From assembly GCF_001194135.2 (NCBI RefSeq), contig NC_068984.1:113989144-114025292 (forward strand): DNA of 36,149 nt, read 5' to 3'. The stretch is from Octopus bimaculoides (lineage: Eukaryota). The notes below the pieces were generated by a model. It made no database searches. It saw only the letters and a list, made by a program, of their open reading frames with translations, and was not told where the DNA came from. The translations under genes were made by a program, and so were the position numbers. Positions 1 to 11,879 of the stretch are shown piece after piece; position 1 is the stretch's first letter; the number at the start of each line of letters is the position of its first letter.

Positions 1-79
1 TATATAGGTATGTGTATGTAAGTAAATGCCTTTGCACATATACATTTGTACGTCTGTTTATATATATGTATGTGTGTGT

Positions 80-124
<45 letters not shown>

Positions 125-464
125 TATATGCGTGTGTGTACGTATATGCGTGTGCGTATTTGTGTATGTACTTAATAATTTCAATGGAGGCAATACAAGC
201 GGAAGCTTGACGAGCATAATTAATAACCACATTCGAAAATCAAATGCATACATATATTCTTCTACATTTATAAAACGAAAATAAAAATTCCCAATATATA
301 AATATAAAGATACACATAAATAGATAAATATTGATGTAATACATAAATCACAGTGAATTTACATTTAAAAGTTATATTATATTGGTGTGATAAAAATTTG
401 AGATGATAAAGTGTTAAAAGGGCGTACTAAAATACCACAGAAACAATACAAAACTTTAAAAATT

Positions 465-547
465 CCATCTACGGACCGTTTCAGAGACGTGCCAAGTAAT
501 ATTATATATTTCATATTTTTAAAACTGACACTCCCCTCATCAGGATG
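465..547 (-). ncRNA. Degenerate type I hammerhead ribozyme motif with long stem II
   Basis: Minus strand: catc-CTGATGA(543-537)-ggggagtgtc...ggcacgtctct-GAAA(482-479)-cgg-TC-cgtagatg. Stem II pairs ggggagtgtc with ggcacgtctct (G-U pairs, one bulge) around an AT-rich loop. Stem I (catc/gatg) is 4 nt out of register, and stem III looks one nt short of ACCGGT. Confidence 0.5.
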
Positions 548-1191
548 TTTTCACACAATATACGAAAAACATAAATGCAATTATACAATTATATACCAGC
601 TCATATGTGTATGTATATATGTATGAATATATATACTTAAATATAAATATATAGTTATATTCATATACTTGTGTGTGTGTGTGTGTGCGTGTGTGTGTGT
701 CTTTGTGTGTGTGTGTTTTTGTGTGTGTGTGCAATAAAAATGGGTTCCTACGAGTGACTTTACAACCAAACAATATAATTACAAATTTCTGATCGTTCAC
801 ACTTATATATTAAAGTTGGAATCTTCTGTTTTGTTTTTATATGTAACTACATGCTTTCAAGTGGCTTTCAGAAAATTTTGAACTAATATTTTGTACGAAG
901 TTTGCTGTTTCCGCTGTTATATAACTTGGTCGTTGTTATCGTTACTATTATTGTTTTTTATTATTATATTATTTTTAAGATTATTATATATTATTAATTT
1001 ATTAATTAATCACTGTGTTGTTGTTATTTTTTATTACTTAATCTCTTCGTAAATTTTTTTCCATCATTTTAAACACGTGTTGTATATCCATTAATTAATT
1101 TTACTGTGATAATTGGGATACTGTAAATCATCATTAATTTTCTTTTGGGATTTCTAAGTTATTTTTGAATAAGAACTCATACCTTCGAACT

Positions 1192-1404
1192 TTATCTCTT
1201 TTCATACCAACCCGCCTGAGACCATCTCTGGCTCTATGATACAAACCTGTTTTAAAGTGATCTAAATTAAAACCTTCCATCAAAGTTTCATGCTAATTCA
1301 TCTTCCAAACATGTCTTTTTTTTTTCCTAAGCTCTTCATTATTTTCTTAAAATATGAAGCAAATAGAGTGTATTTCAACAAAAAAAGAGTAACAAAGGGA
1401 TTAA
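1192..1404. mobile_element. Degenerate MITE relic, possibly piggyBac-like
   Basis: Right end aacaaaggga-TTAA (1391-1404); decayed left end ttatctcttttcatacc (about 1192-1208). Resembles TTAA-CCCTTT...AAAGGG-TTAA termini, but the left terminus is poor. Confidence 0.3.
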
Positions 1405-1953
1405 AGTTGACAGCTATTCGTACAATGCAGTGAGACCTGAATTTGTTATAAAAACCAATCGTGAGCTAATAACATGAAAACAAGGATGGTTAATTACTAC
1501 ATAATTTCGTAAAAACAAATCAAATAATCATTTGTTTTTTCTTAAGTGAGACCATTTGTGATCAACATAGATTATTGGAAATCTGTGCTTAAATAAGACT
1601 TCAACGAGACAATCGCTGCACTTCTGATAGCATGAACGTCATGTACTGTGCAGGGATTCATACTTTTTTCACTCTTTGTATTTTTTCACTCAAGATAGCG
1701 CTGGACGTAGTGCTTTGAAAACCTTTCTTCCTTCACTCAAGATGGCTCTGCATGCATTTATATTCCATATTTTAAAGACTTTTTGCAGAACGTTCTTATC
1801 CAAGGTCTGAAGCTTGATATCAGATTTTAGGAAGGTATGTACAGGCAAGAATGTATTGACTCTATATAGAGATGTCTTTCAAACTAAACCCGATGTAAAG
1901 CTCATTTCAGTGATGTTATAATATTCGAAGATATTGATTGATTTCTTACATAG

Positions 1954-2033
1954 GTTCAAGGCAAAGATATTGAAAAAAGAGCATATATTGATGAAGAATA
2001 TAAAAAGAAACAAATTATTAATAAAGATAGACT
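1954..2033 (+). CDS. Candidate 80-nt internal exon (VQGKDIEKRAYIDEEYKKKQIINKDR, or alternative frame FKAKILKKEH...)
   Basis: Acceptor gatttcttacatag| and donor CT|gtaagg; two of three frames open. No recognisable protein family. Confidence 0.25.
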
Positions 2034-2409
2034 GTAAGGATGCAACCAGATGAGGTTCTTTTGTTTTACTTGACAAGATCAAACACTTTTCATGAAATAG
2101 TATCGCTACCGAACCAACGAGGGAGTTTGTAAACGGTCGCTCGGTCTGCTAGAAAGAGTAGCCAAATCTTCAAATCTCACTCCGCTGATTTAAAAAACGA
2201 ACGCGTTGAATTACATTGTCCTAGATTCCCTGCACAAAGGGAAAAAGATGGAATGTCTCTGACAAGAGGCCTGTTCAATCATGGAAAGAAAACAACAGCA
2301 ACTTTATCATCAACAGCAGAAAGAGGTCCCATTCTTTAATGGTGGAAAGATATACATAGGATGAATCATGAACACCAATAAATAGGCGAAGAAAGACACA
2401 CACACACAC

Positions 2410-2545
2410 ACGTGCGCTTATGTATTTATGTATGTATGTATATATGTGTGTATGTGTGTGTGCGTATGTACCTACATATATGCAAGTGTATAAATATGTA
2501 TGTGTATATATATATATGTATGTATATATATATGTGTGTATATAC

Positions 2546-2592
<47 letters not shown>

Positions 2593-2640
2593 CATATTTA
2601 CAGACATTTAAACATATACATACACCCATATATGTACATA
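2410..2640. repeat. Compound (TA)/(TG)/(TATG) microsatellite
   Basis: Visible dinucleotide and tetranucleotide runs. Confidence 0.95.
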
Positions 2641-2654
2641 TTTACAGACATTTT

Positions 2655-2983
2655 GTTGGATGGTCGTTGACTGTTCAGGAGTTCATCCGCCCTTTGACAG
2701 GTCTTATTTTACGTCCTGCAGGGTGCCCAACAACACCCTCCTCACCAAGCAAACCTGGTGGAGTTGCCAGTTTAGTCGCCCACGACCCGACCATGCGACA
2801 GGTTGTACTGGATTACATGTTACCAGTAGCACAGAAGAGCGACCTGACAATCAGAGGTGCAATCTGTGTGGGTGTTTTTTCAGAATATTGTTTGGTTTAA
2901 AAAGCCACATCAGACGCCATGAACGGGCTAAGGTGTAGGTGCTGGAGGTGGTCAAACTCTGTGTAAGGAGTAGACAACCACCA
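2655..2983 (+). mobile_element. RTE-like LINE fragment ending in a C-terminal C2H2 zinc finger and short 3' UTR
   Basis: ORF 2660-2938 ends RCNLCGCFFRILFGLKSHIRRH, matching the CxxC...F...GLxSHxRxH motif at RTE ORF ends. A short UTR and a (TA)n run follow. Confidence 0.6.
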
Positions 2984-3112
2984 GATATATATATATTTTT
3001 TACATACATATATATATATATATATATGTATACATACATGTATATATGTATATATATACTACATACATATATATATATGTATATATACATGTATATATAC
3101 ATGTATATACAT

Positions 3113-3144
<32 letters not shown>

Positions 3145-3151
<7 letters not shown>

Positions 3152-3244
3152 AAATCACAATTATAACGGAGAGGGTTGCAAAATCCCTTACATGTCTAGA
3201 AATACCAGTCAACTCCCCTCCGTTATAATTGTCATTTATTCACA
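3145..3244. repeat. 100-bp fold-back (mini-MITE-like) element
   Basis: Arm 3145-3178 is the reverse complement of arm 3210-3244; the outer 27 bp match 26/27 (tgtgaataaat[c/g]acaattataacggag); 31-nt spacer. Confidence 0.8.
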
Positions 3245-3347
3245 GTTACACACTCTTCTTTTAAGAAAAAAATTTTGATTGCATGTTCTGGCCACTGATA
3301 TATTCGTAACTAATTTTGAATTGCTTCGTAATGTATTTTTACATTCC

Positions 3348-3388
<41 letters not shown>

Positions 3389-3744
3389 TATATTTTCGTC
3401 TTTACTTACGCAAGTTAATGGCTTTCGGAAAAGTAGAAAGATTAGTTTCCATCGCACCTTTCCCCTGAAGTCGCTATGTCTAATCATTCCAGTATAGATT
3501 ACCTCTAATGACGAAAATAAGGCAATTGACTCTAACATATAGGTGTAAATAAACATCATCAGGCTCACAGAAGGGAAATAGTCTAGGGTTTTGATATGAT
3601 TGTAATAGTAAAATGCTTAAAGCATGAGCCAGAAAAGCAACTAGGTGTGTAATTATATTAAGGAGCAAGTGTCTACGCAAAATGTCAGTATTATGAGAGA
3701 TTTAAAGATAGCATGCTAAAACACCAGGTATTCAAAGTAGGTAA

Positions 3745-3746
3745 CA

Positions 3747-3793
<47 letters not shown>

Positions 3794-3990
3794 AGATAGG
3801 TAGGTAGGTAGGTAGGTAGGTAGATAGTTTGGTAGGTTGGTAGGTTGGTAGGTAAGAAGATAAATAGATACATACATACAAACGTACGTACGTACATACA
3901 TACATACATACATACATACATACATACATACATAGACTGACAGACAGGCAGACAGATAGACAGGCAGAGAGATAGACAGATAGACAGATA

Positions 3991-4055
<65 letters not shown>

Positions 4056-4100
4056 CTAGTAAGCAAGCAGGCGGGCAGACAGACGGACAGGCAGTCAGGC

Positions 4101-4141
<41 letters not shown>

Positions 4142-4194
4142 GGCAGGAAGGCAGGCAGACAAATAGACAGACAGACAAATAGACAGACTGACAA

Positions 4195-4225
<31 letters not shown>

Positions 4226-4242
4226 AACAGACAGACTGACAA

Positions 4243-4279
<37 letters not shown>

Positions 4280-4282
4280 TAG
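3745..4282. repeat. Compound microsatellite (AG)n(TAGG)n(TACA)n(AGAT)n(AGAC)n
   Basis: Direct reading; accounts for the LSVC/LSIY ORFs. Confidence 0.95.
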
Positions 4283-4629
4283 GCATGAGTATATTGGCAG
4301 TGGTGTTGCTGATGCTGGTATTAGTGCTGCAGCTGGAATTGTTGGTGCTGCTGCTGTTGTTGGTGCTGGTGTTGGCACTGGGGTGTGTGGTTGTGGTGAT
4401 GCTGGCGGTGAAGTTGATGGACAAACTAGTGCTCGTGTTTGTTCTATATCCACAGACATAACAGAGTAGGAACATCGGAAAAAAAAAAAAGATGGTACAA
4501 GCACACACTAGAAAGGCCTCATAAAACAACAAAGCAATCATACTCTGAAATAAACTAATATACACTGATAGAAAGATCAAGGCTAATCGATCAGATATTG
4601 TTGACAAGAAGCACTAAGTAAAAAGAAGC

Positions 4630-4830
4630 ACCAAGAAAAAAGTTAACGACATACCAGTCCCAAAAGATAACAAAGCATCTCTAAAAGAAGTGGAGAAGCT
4701 ATCGAAATACAAAGCTCTGAAAAATACAAATAATCCGAATTTAGAGTCCTTGAAGCAGAAACATTCTCAAGAATAATAAGTAGTTTAAGTATGGTTTAAG
4801 AAGAAACATTCAAATAAATACATAACCAAA
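4630..4830 (+). mobile_element. Old R4/Dong-like LINE 3' fragment (restriction-like endonuclease region)
   Basis: gacataccagtcccaaaagataac...ctaaaagaagtggagaagctatcgaaatacaaag translates D-I-P-V-P-K-D-N...L-K-E-V-E-K-L-S-K-Y-K, homologous to 8014-8080. Confidence 0.6.
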
Positions 4831-4939
4831 TCCTAATGACTTACTAATATATATATATATATATATATATANNNNNNNNNNNNNNNNNNNNNNNNNNNNN
4901 NNNNNNNNNNNTGAAAGGACATAATAAAAATAAAACAAT

Positions 4940-5068
<129 letters not shown>

Positions 5069-5070
5069 TC

Positions 5071-7169
5071 AACTCTGAACCGTTATAACAAATGAAGAGG
5101 TCACCCAGGCACTGCAAAAGCTAAGCAACCAGAAGATCAGAAGAGATGCTGCAAGGGCTCATACGGCTGTAAAGATCAGCTAATGGTCAATAAAGCCATA
5201 ACTGAAGACAGCCGGAGGAAGAAGAAGAGTCTAAGTATGGCCTGGATCGATTACCGAAAGGCTTTTGATAGTATTCCCCACACACGGATCCTAAAAACAC
5301 TAGCCATGAACAAGATAGCACCAATAATCATAAAATCTATAACACATTCCACGAGTAAATGGCAGACAGTGTTACAGCTCCAGACAGAAGACAGATTCAG
5401 GAAAACCAAATCTATCCCCATTAGAAGAGGAATGTTCCAGAGAGACAAGCTCTCTCCATTCATTTTATGCTTGTCACTGACACCTTTATCTGAGGTGCTA
5501 AACAGAACTGGATATGGATACAACTGTTACAGCAAAACAATCAGCCACTTCTTATATATGGATGACCTAAAACTGTACACTACAAATGATAAACAGCTGG
5601 AAACATTACTGCAGACACTACATGGATTTACCAAAGAAATAAACATGAAATTTGGCTTGGAAAAATGTACCAAGACAACCTTGAAAAGAGGAAAACTAGT
5701 TAAGAGTAGCAACATCACACTAGATAAAGCAAATGAAATAAGAGAATTAGACCAAAGCAGACATAAAAATACTTATGAACTATATACGATACAACATACA
5801 CAAATGAAAGAGAAAAAACAGAATACTATAGACGAGTTAGATTAATGCTGAAAACAGAGCTCAATGCGAAAAACAAGATAATAGGTATCAACACTCTAGC
5901 CGTCCCAGTTATAAGTTACAGCTACAATATCCTTAACTGGAAACTAAATGAATCAAAATAGATTGGGAAACAAGAAAAATAATGACAGGATTTAGGTTGC
6001 ATCACCCAAAATCTGACATAGAAAGGTTATATATATATACAACGTATAGAAGGTGGTAGAGGTTTTATACAGCTAGAAAACTCACCATAGGACTACAAAA
6101 ATACCTACTTCAGAAGCAAGGAAAACTGAATCAAATAGCCACAAAACACAAACTAAACAAAAAACTGTTTTCAGTCTTTAAGGAAGCTGACAGATACAAA
6201 AAAGAAGTCATAGTACTAACAACTATGAAGAAAAAGAAGAAACAACAAAAGCTGTAAAACAACTGAAATCCAAACTAAAACTGGAACAGCAAGGATGATG
6301 ATAAAACAATGGCAAGAAAAGTCCCTTCAAGGCAAAAACTGGGTTAAACTAAACAGAAGAAATAGACAAAGCAAAATCCCAACAATAGCTGAGAAGCTCA
6401 GAACTCAAAGGAGAGATTGAGGGATTTTTAATTGCAGCACAAGAACAAGGCCTCCCTACCAGAAATTACCAAAAACATATAATGAAAAGAAACATAACAA
6501 GTAACTGCAGAATATATGGAGATGGACAAGAAACAATAAACCATATTGTCTTTGGCTGCCCAGTCCTGGCTAAGAAGGAATATATTCACAGACGCGACAG
6601 AGTTGGGAGCTATACACACTGGAAGTTATGCCAACACTATGGAATAACAACAGAAAAAAGATGGTATAGGCACACGCCAGAAAAGGTCGTAGAAAATGAG
6701 AAAGCAACCATGCTATGGGATATGCCAATACACAGAGAGAGAGAAATTAAGGCCTGTAGGTCAGATATAGTTGTCAGAGATCATCAAGAAAAAAATGATT
6801 TTTAATCGATGTATCATCACCAACAGATGACAATGTTTCTCTAAAAGAAATGGACAAACTTCCAAAATACAAAGACCTGGAAATAGAAGTAAATCGAATG
6901 TGGAATCTAAATATAGAAACAATTCCTATCATAATAGGCGCATTAGGTATGATAAAAAAAATATTCAGGCAAATACATAACAAAAACGCCAAGACTTACA
7001 AGTATATATTACATACAGAATATAACACTACTAGGCACCGCACACATCCTACGTAAAACATTTTCAATACATTAACAATAAGAGCATCACAACAAACCAC
7101 AGCACATACCCAAGGCACACAGAGCTGCGCTCGGTAGTGCAGTGAAAGCACGTAATAAAAATAAGACTA

Positions 7170-7172
<3 letters not shown>
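5071..7172 (+). mobile_element. 5'-truncated, frameshifted R4/Dong-clade non-LTR retrotransposon (RT, CCHC finger, restriction-like endonuclease, 3' UTR)
   Basis: RT motifs AWIDYRKAFDSIPH, RGMFQRDKLSP, HFLYMDDLKLY, MKFGLEKC (ORF 5183-5845). CRIYGDGQETINHIVFGC and RSDIVVRD (6482-6805). KYKDLEIEVNRMW...IPIIIGALG (6850-7056). Ends ...actactg, then (AAT)n. Confidence 0.9.

Positions 7173-7232
<60 letters not shown>
7173..7232. repeat. (AAT)20 microsatellite between two R4/Dong-like copies
   Basis: Direct reading. Confidence 0.95.
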
Positions 7233-7233
<1 letters not shown>

Positions 7234-8377
7234 GAATGCACTGCTCTCTAGCCACAAAACACGAGCAAAACAAAAAACTGTTTTCAGTATTTAAGGAAGC
7301 TGACAAATACAAACAAGAAATCAATCTACCTAACAAATACGAAGAAGAAGAAGAAGAAGAAGAAGAAGAAGAAGAAGAAGAAGAAGAAGAAGAAGAAGAA
7401 GANNNNNNNNNNNNNNNNNNNNNNNNNNNNNNNNNNNNNNNNNNNNNNNNNNNNNNNNNNNNNNNNNNNNNNNNNNNNNNNNNNNNNNNNNNNNNNNNNN
7501 NNNNNNNNNNNNNNNNNNNNNNNNNNNNNNNNNNNNNNNNNNNNNNNNNNNNNNNNNNNNNNNNNNNNNNNNNNNNNNNNNNNNNNNNNNNNNNNNNNNN
7601 NNNNNNNNNNNNNNNNNNNNNNNNNNNNNNNNNNNNNNNNNNNNNNNNNNNNNNNNNNNNNNNNNNNNNNNNNNNNNNNNNNNNNNNNNNNNNNNNNNNN
7701 NNNNNNNNNNNNNNNNNNNNNNNNNNNNNNNNNNNNNNNNNNNNNNNNNNNNNNNNNNNNNNNNNNNNNNNNNNNNNNNNNNNNNNNNNNNNNNNNNNNN
7801 NNNNNNNNNNNNNNNNNNNNNNNNNNNNNNNNNNNNNNNNNNNNNNNNNNNNNNNNNNNNNNNNNNNNNNNNNNNNNNNNNNNNNNNNNNNNNNNNNNNN
7901 NNNNNNNNNNNNNNNNNNNNNNNNNNNNNNNNNNNNNNNNNNNNNNNNNNNNNNNNNNNNNNNNNNNNNNNNNNNNNNNNNNNNNNNNNNNNNNNNNNNN
8001 NNNNNNNNNNATTGATGTATCAATACCAGCAGATGACAACGTTTCTCGAAAAGAAATGGAAAAACTTTCAAAATACAAAGACCTGGAAATAGAGATAACT
8101 CGAATGTGGAGTCTAAAAACAGAAACAATTCCTATCATAGTAGGTGCCTTAGGTAGAATAAAAAAATATTCAGACAAATACATAACAAAAACACCAGGAC
8201 TTACAAATATATATAACATACAGAAAATTGCACTACTGGGTACTGCACACATTCTACGCAAAACACTTTCAATACAGTAAACATAAGAGCACCACAGCAA
8301 ACCACAGCACATACCCAAGGCACAAAGAGCTGCATTCAGTAGTGAAGTGAAAGCACGTAATAAAAGTAAAACTACTG
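7233..8377 (+). mobile_element. Second, more 5'-truncated R4/Dong-like copy (middle lost in N-gap)
   Basis: 7245-7340 is homologous to about 6135-6240. ORF 8056-8280 MEKLSKYKDLEIEITRMW...IQKIALLGTAHILRKTL. Same 3' UTR ending actactg, followed by aacaataataat. Confidence 0.9.
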
Positions 8378-8397
8378 AACAATAATAATGATAATTA

Positions 8398-8645
8398 GTG
8401 AAGATAGTGACAATTATTGTTGGGTCCTTTGGAACAGTATCAGAAGGCATTAAGAGGAATATATAGGAAATTGGAATAGATTGTCCAATAGAACTTGTTA
8501 CAAAAGGTTTGCCTCCTTGGCACGGCCAGAATAATCAGAAGAGTATTAGAGAGCTGAAAAGACCGGATAGCATGGTACCGTAGGCTGCAGATAGCAAGCC
8601 CGCTACACATGTAAGACTCCAGGAGCTACAACAAAGCCTGTGATA
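8398..8645 (+). mobile_element. 3' end of a different R4/Dong-like subfamily
   Basis: Translates VKIVTIIVGSFGTVS...LQKVCLLGTARIIRRVLES* (one stop, one frameshift). Distinct 3' UTR, then an AAT/GAT tail. Confidence 0.7.
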
Positions 8646-8699
8646 AAAATAAATAATGATGATGATGATGATGATAATGATGATGATGGTGGTGGTGGT

Positions 8700-9250
8700 A
8701 AATATACAAGATAAAGAAACTGAAATAAGAGAACTAGAGCAAATCCAGGCATACAAATTCTCAGGAATCAATGAACTAAATAGGATACAATACGCAGAAA
8801 TGAAAGCAAAGATAAGGAAAGGATATTACAGTTAAATTGGACAGATGCTTAAAATAGTACTAAATACGAAGAATAAGGCAGCAGGTATCAATACTGTAGT
8901 GGTACCAGTTATACTTTACGCTTATAAAATTCTTAACTATGACACCAAATAATCTAGCAAAACAAGACAAGTAAACAAGAAAAATAATGACTGGATTTGA
9001 CACAGGCAGCCCAAAATTTGAAAAAGAATGTTCATATATTCAATGAACATAAGAGCGTAGAAAACCACCATAGTTCTGCAGATATATATAATCCAAAATA
9101 AAGGAAATTTGATACAAATAACAAAAAAAAAACATGAGCAAAACAAAAAAAACTGTTTTCTGTCTTCAAGGAAACCGAAAATTACAAAACATGAATCATA
9201 ATTCCTGAAAAGTATGAGGAAAAATAAGAAACAAAAAATACTGTTAAGGC
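8700..9250 (+). mobile_element. Older R4/Dong-like fragment (post-RT region)
   Basis: EIRELEQIQAYKFSGINELNRIQYAEMKAKIRKGYY...NTKNKAAGINTVVVPV, homologous to about 5730-6200. Confidence 0.7.
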
Positions 9251-9393
9251 CACTGGCCGGTAACGTATTTTTCTGCATTATATGGATAATTTATCCTGAT
9301 CACGCTATTTATAGCATTATCACGCGTTTGAGAAATAAATTTATTTCTGTATCTTAGAATGATAATAATAATAATAATAATAATAATAATAGC

Positions 9394-9606
9394 TTTTTCT
9401 ACCGGAGGCACAAGGCCCGAAATTTGGGGGATGGGGATTGTCGATTACATCGACACCAGTGTTTCACTGGTACCTAATTTATCGACTCTGAAAGGATGAA
9501 AAGCAAAGTCGACCTCGGCGGAATTTGAACTCAGAACGTCAAGGCGGACAAAATGCCGCTAAGCATTTCGCCCGGCGTGCTAACAATTCTGCCAAGCTCG
9601 CTGCTT
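9394..9606 (-). mobile_element. SINE family A (head ggcgg[t/c]gagctggcagaa; core gtcgactttgcctttcatcctttcggggtcgat)
   Basis: Homologous to 15893-16107 and 34023-34254; flanked by (AAT)n. Confidence 0.9.
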
Positions 9607-9607
9607 A

Positions 9608-9643
<36 letters not shown>

Positions 9644-9823
9644 CCTTCCTATTAGAGGCACAAATCCTCAAATTTGAGGGGAGGGGACTAGTCAATTACA
9701 TCGACACCAGTGTTTCACTGGTACTTAATTTATCGATCTCAAAAGGATGAATGGCAAAGTCGACCTCGGCGGAATTTGAATCCAGAACGTAGCGATGGGC
9801 GAAATACTGCTAAGCATTTCGTT
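9644..9823 (-). mobile_element. SINE family A, 5'-truncated
   Basis: Same core and tail as 9394-9606. Confidence 0.85.
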
Positions 9824-10094
9824 CAAGTTTTAGCACGCCCCCCACTGGATTTTGTTTCGGAAGCGGGTTGTGCTTATGGCACTGATGAACTCAGACTCTG
9901 CAAAATACCGATATTCGATGTATTAAATAATAATAATAATGATGGACCCTCCCGTCGCAGACGACATATGAGTGCTCAGCATTTGCTGAACGACCTGCAC
10001 AAACGATTTGTTTATAGAGATCAAAGCATGCGTCGTACATTAGCGCACTCCCTCCATCAAATTGACGTTGCCTGAACAGGTACACGATGTACCA

Positions 10095-10225
10095 CACGTC
10101 GAGTGTCGAAATGATCGCAGAGCAACGTGGGATGAAGTGATTTGCTCAAGAACACAACGCACCGCCTAGTCTAGGAATTGAAACCATGATCTCGCGATCA
10201 TGAGTGAAACACCCTAACAACTAGG
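10095..10225 (-). mobile_element. Degenerate tRNA-derived SINE head (family D/E type)
   Basis: gcaacgtgggatgaagtgatttgctcaagaacacaac...aattgaaacc...accctaacaact is homologous to 24895-25010 and 28010-28120. Confidence 0.7.
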
Positions 10226-10240
10226 CTGATACTTTTACAC

Positions 10241-10449
10241 TTTTACTTGTTTCAGTCATTTGACTGTGGCCATGCTGGAGCACCGCCTTTATAGTCGAGC
10301 AAATCGACCTTAGGACTTATTTTTTGTAAGCCTAGTACTTATTCTATCGAGTTTCTTTTGCCGAACCGCTAAGTTACGGTGGACGTAAACACACCAGCAT
10401 CGGTTGTCAAGCGATGCTGGGGAGGACAAACACAGACACACAAACATAT

Positions 10450-10484
<35 letters not shown>

Positions 10485-10650
10485 TGTATACGACGGGCTT
10501 CTTTCAGTTTCCGTCTACCAACTCCACTCACAAGGCTTTGGTCGGCCCGAGGCTATAGTAGAAGACACTTGCCCAAGGTGCCACGCAGTAGGACTGAACC
10601 CAGAACCATGTGGTTGGTAAGCAAGCTACTTACCACACAGCCGCTCCTGC
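10241..10650 (-). mobile_element. SINE family C with internal (CA)/(TA) microsatellite
   Basis: Homologous to 25047-25545 and 29840-30302; tRNA-like head (tggtaag...ggttcagtcc on its own strand). Confidence 0.9.
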
Positions 10651-10724
10651 AGCTACTTTGTTACATTCTTTAACGAAAGTGCTAGGTTATACAAGACCAA
10701 AAATATACGGATAATAATAACAAT

Positions 10725-10880
10725 AGTTTCTGACATAGGCATAAGGCCTCAAATTTGGTGAAAGAGAGCAACCGTTTAGAAAGACCCCAAAATTCGATTA
10801 GCATTAATTTTTTTATCGATTCCGGAATACGAGAGATAAAATCGACTCCGATGGCATTTGAACTCAGAATGTTAAGTGAT
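10725..10880 (-). mobile_element. Degenerate SINE family A
   Basis: ggcataaggcctcaaatttgg...ttatcgattcc...tcgactccgatggcatttgaactcagaatg. Confidence 0.7.
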
Positions 10881-11254
10881 GGAATTAAGTAGCTCGTTGA
10901 GACGCTTTATAAACTGAAGATTTAATCTACATTACTGTTTGTTTCGTTTTATTGGAAGTTTGTATAGTATTGGAGTTCATTTAGTAAAATATCAATTATA
11001 TCTTTTGTGTATATATTGGCCAGTGTTTTGATTGGAAATCTGCTATTGAGAACGATAATTGCATTTCTGATTAGTTCATCTTTACCGATACACTTATTGT
11101 GATTGCTACTAACTTTCTTATTAATAAGATCTAAAAATCTAATTAAGATCTGAATTCTTTCGTCACAATTCTATAACCTGTTCACTGATCTTCGAACTGA
11201 ACACAGGAAGATGGCAGAAATTTTCTTTGCATAATAATAGCCGATATAAATATT

Positions 11255-11362
11255 GACTGGTTGGCTGGTTGGTTGGCTGGTTGGCTGGTTGGTTGGCTGG
11301 TTGGCTGGTTGGTTGGTTGGCTAGTTGGCTGGTTGGTTGACTGGTTGGTTTGCTCATTGGCT
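11255..11362. repeat. (GGTT/GGCT)n tetranucleotide microsatellite
   Basis: Direct reading. Confidence 0.9.
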
Positions 11363-11879
11363 GCTTGAATTCTGCAGTCATGCTTTACATTGTTTAGAAA
11401 GAGGGGAGAGAAAGAGGGTAAAAGATAGATATAGAGTAGGTTAACATAAGAAGTACGTGCATATACTAGGCTTGAGAGCAGGCAATGAGTAAAGTTACAC
11501 TGCGCACAGAGATAAAGTATTATAGGTGACATAGGAAGAAATAAGGGAAGAGGAGGAGGAAGAAAGGGAAGAAGGGGAGGGAGAGGAGTTAGAGGAAGGG
11601 AAGAGAGGAGGGGCAGTAGTTATGGGAGGATTCATACATGTGAGAAATTTGTCTTATTAATTCTAATTTTCAAATAGTATTTTTTCTTTCGAAAATTAGT
11701 ATTCCTTACACTATTTTATATTAAAACCACGAAATTTGATAGAATTTAAATTATAACTATTGCATATGTACTATATTTTCTAATAGTATCAATAGTATTA
11801 ATGGTTACAGAAGTATATTTCCGAAGTTACCCGTCACATAACGCATAACACTCTAGTCATTTTATAATTAGCCATCAAA

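Noticed and set aside
2700-2800. Possible HDV-like ribozyme at a putative RTE 5' end (ccctcctcac motif)
   Set aside because: I could not build the P1/P3/P1.1 nested double pseudoknot from the sequence.
4283-4420. Minus-strand Pro/Ala/Thr-rich ORF segment (PHTPVPTPAPTTAAAPT...)
   Set aside because: Degenerate GCT/GGT/GTT trinucleotide tract contiguous with the tetranucleotide array; no splice or homology support.
9875-9920. CTGATGA...AAAATACCGATATT hammerhead-like spacing
   Set aside because: No stem II, G12 absent and no stem I pairing.
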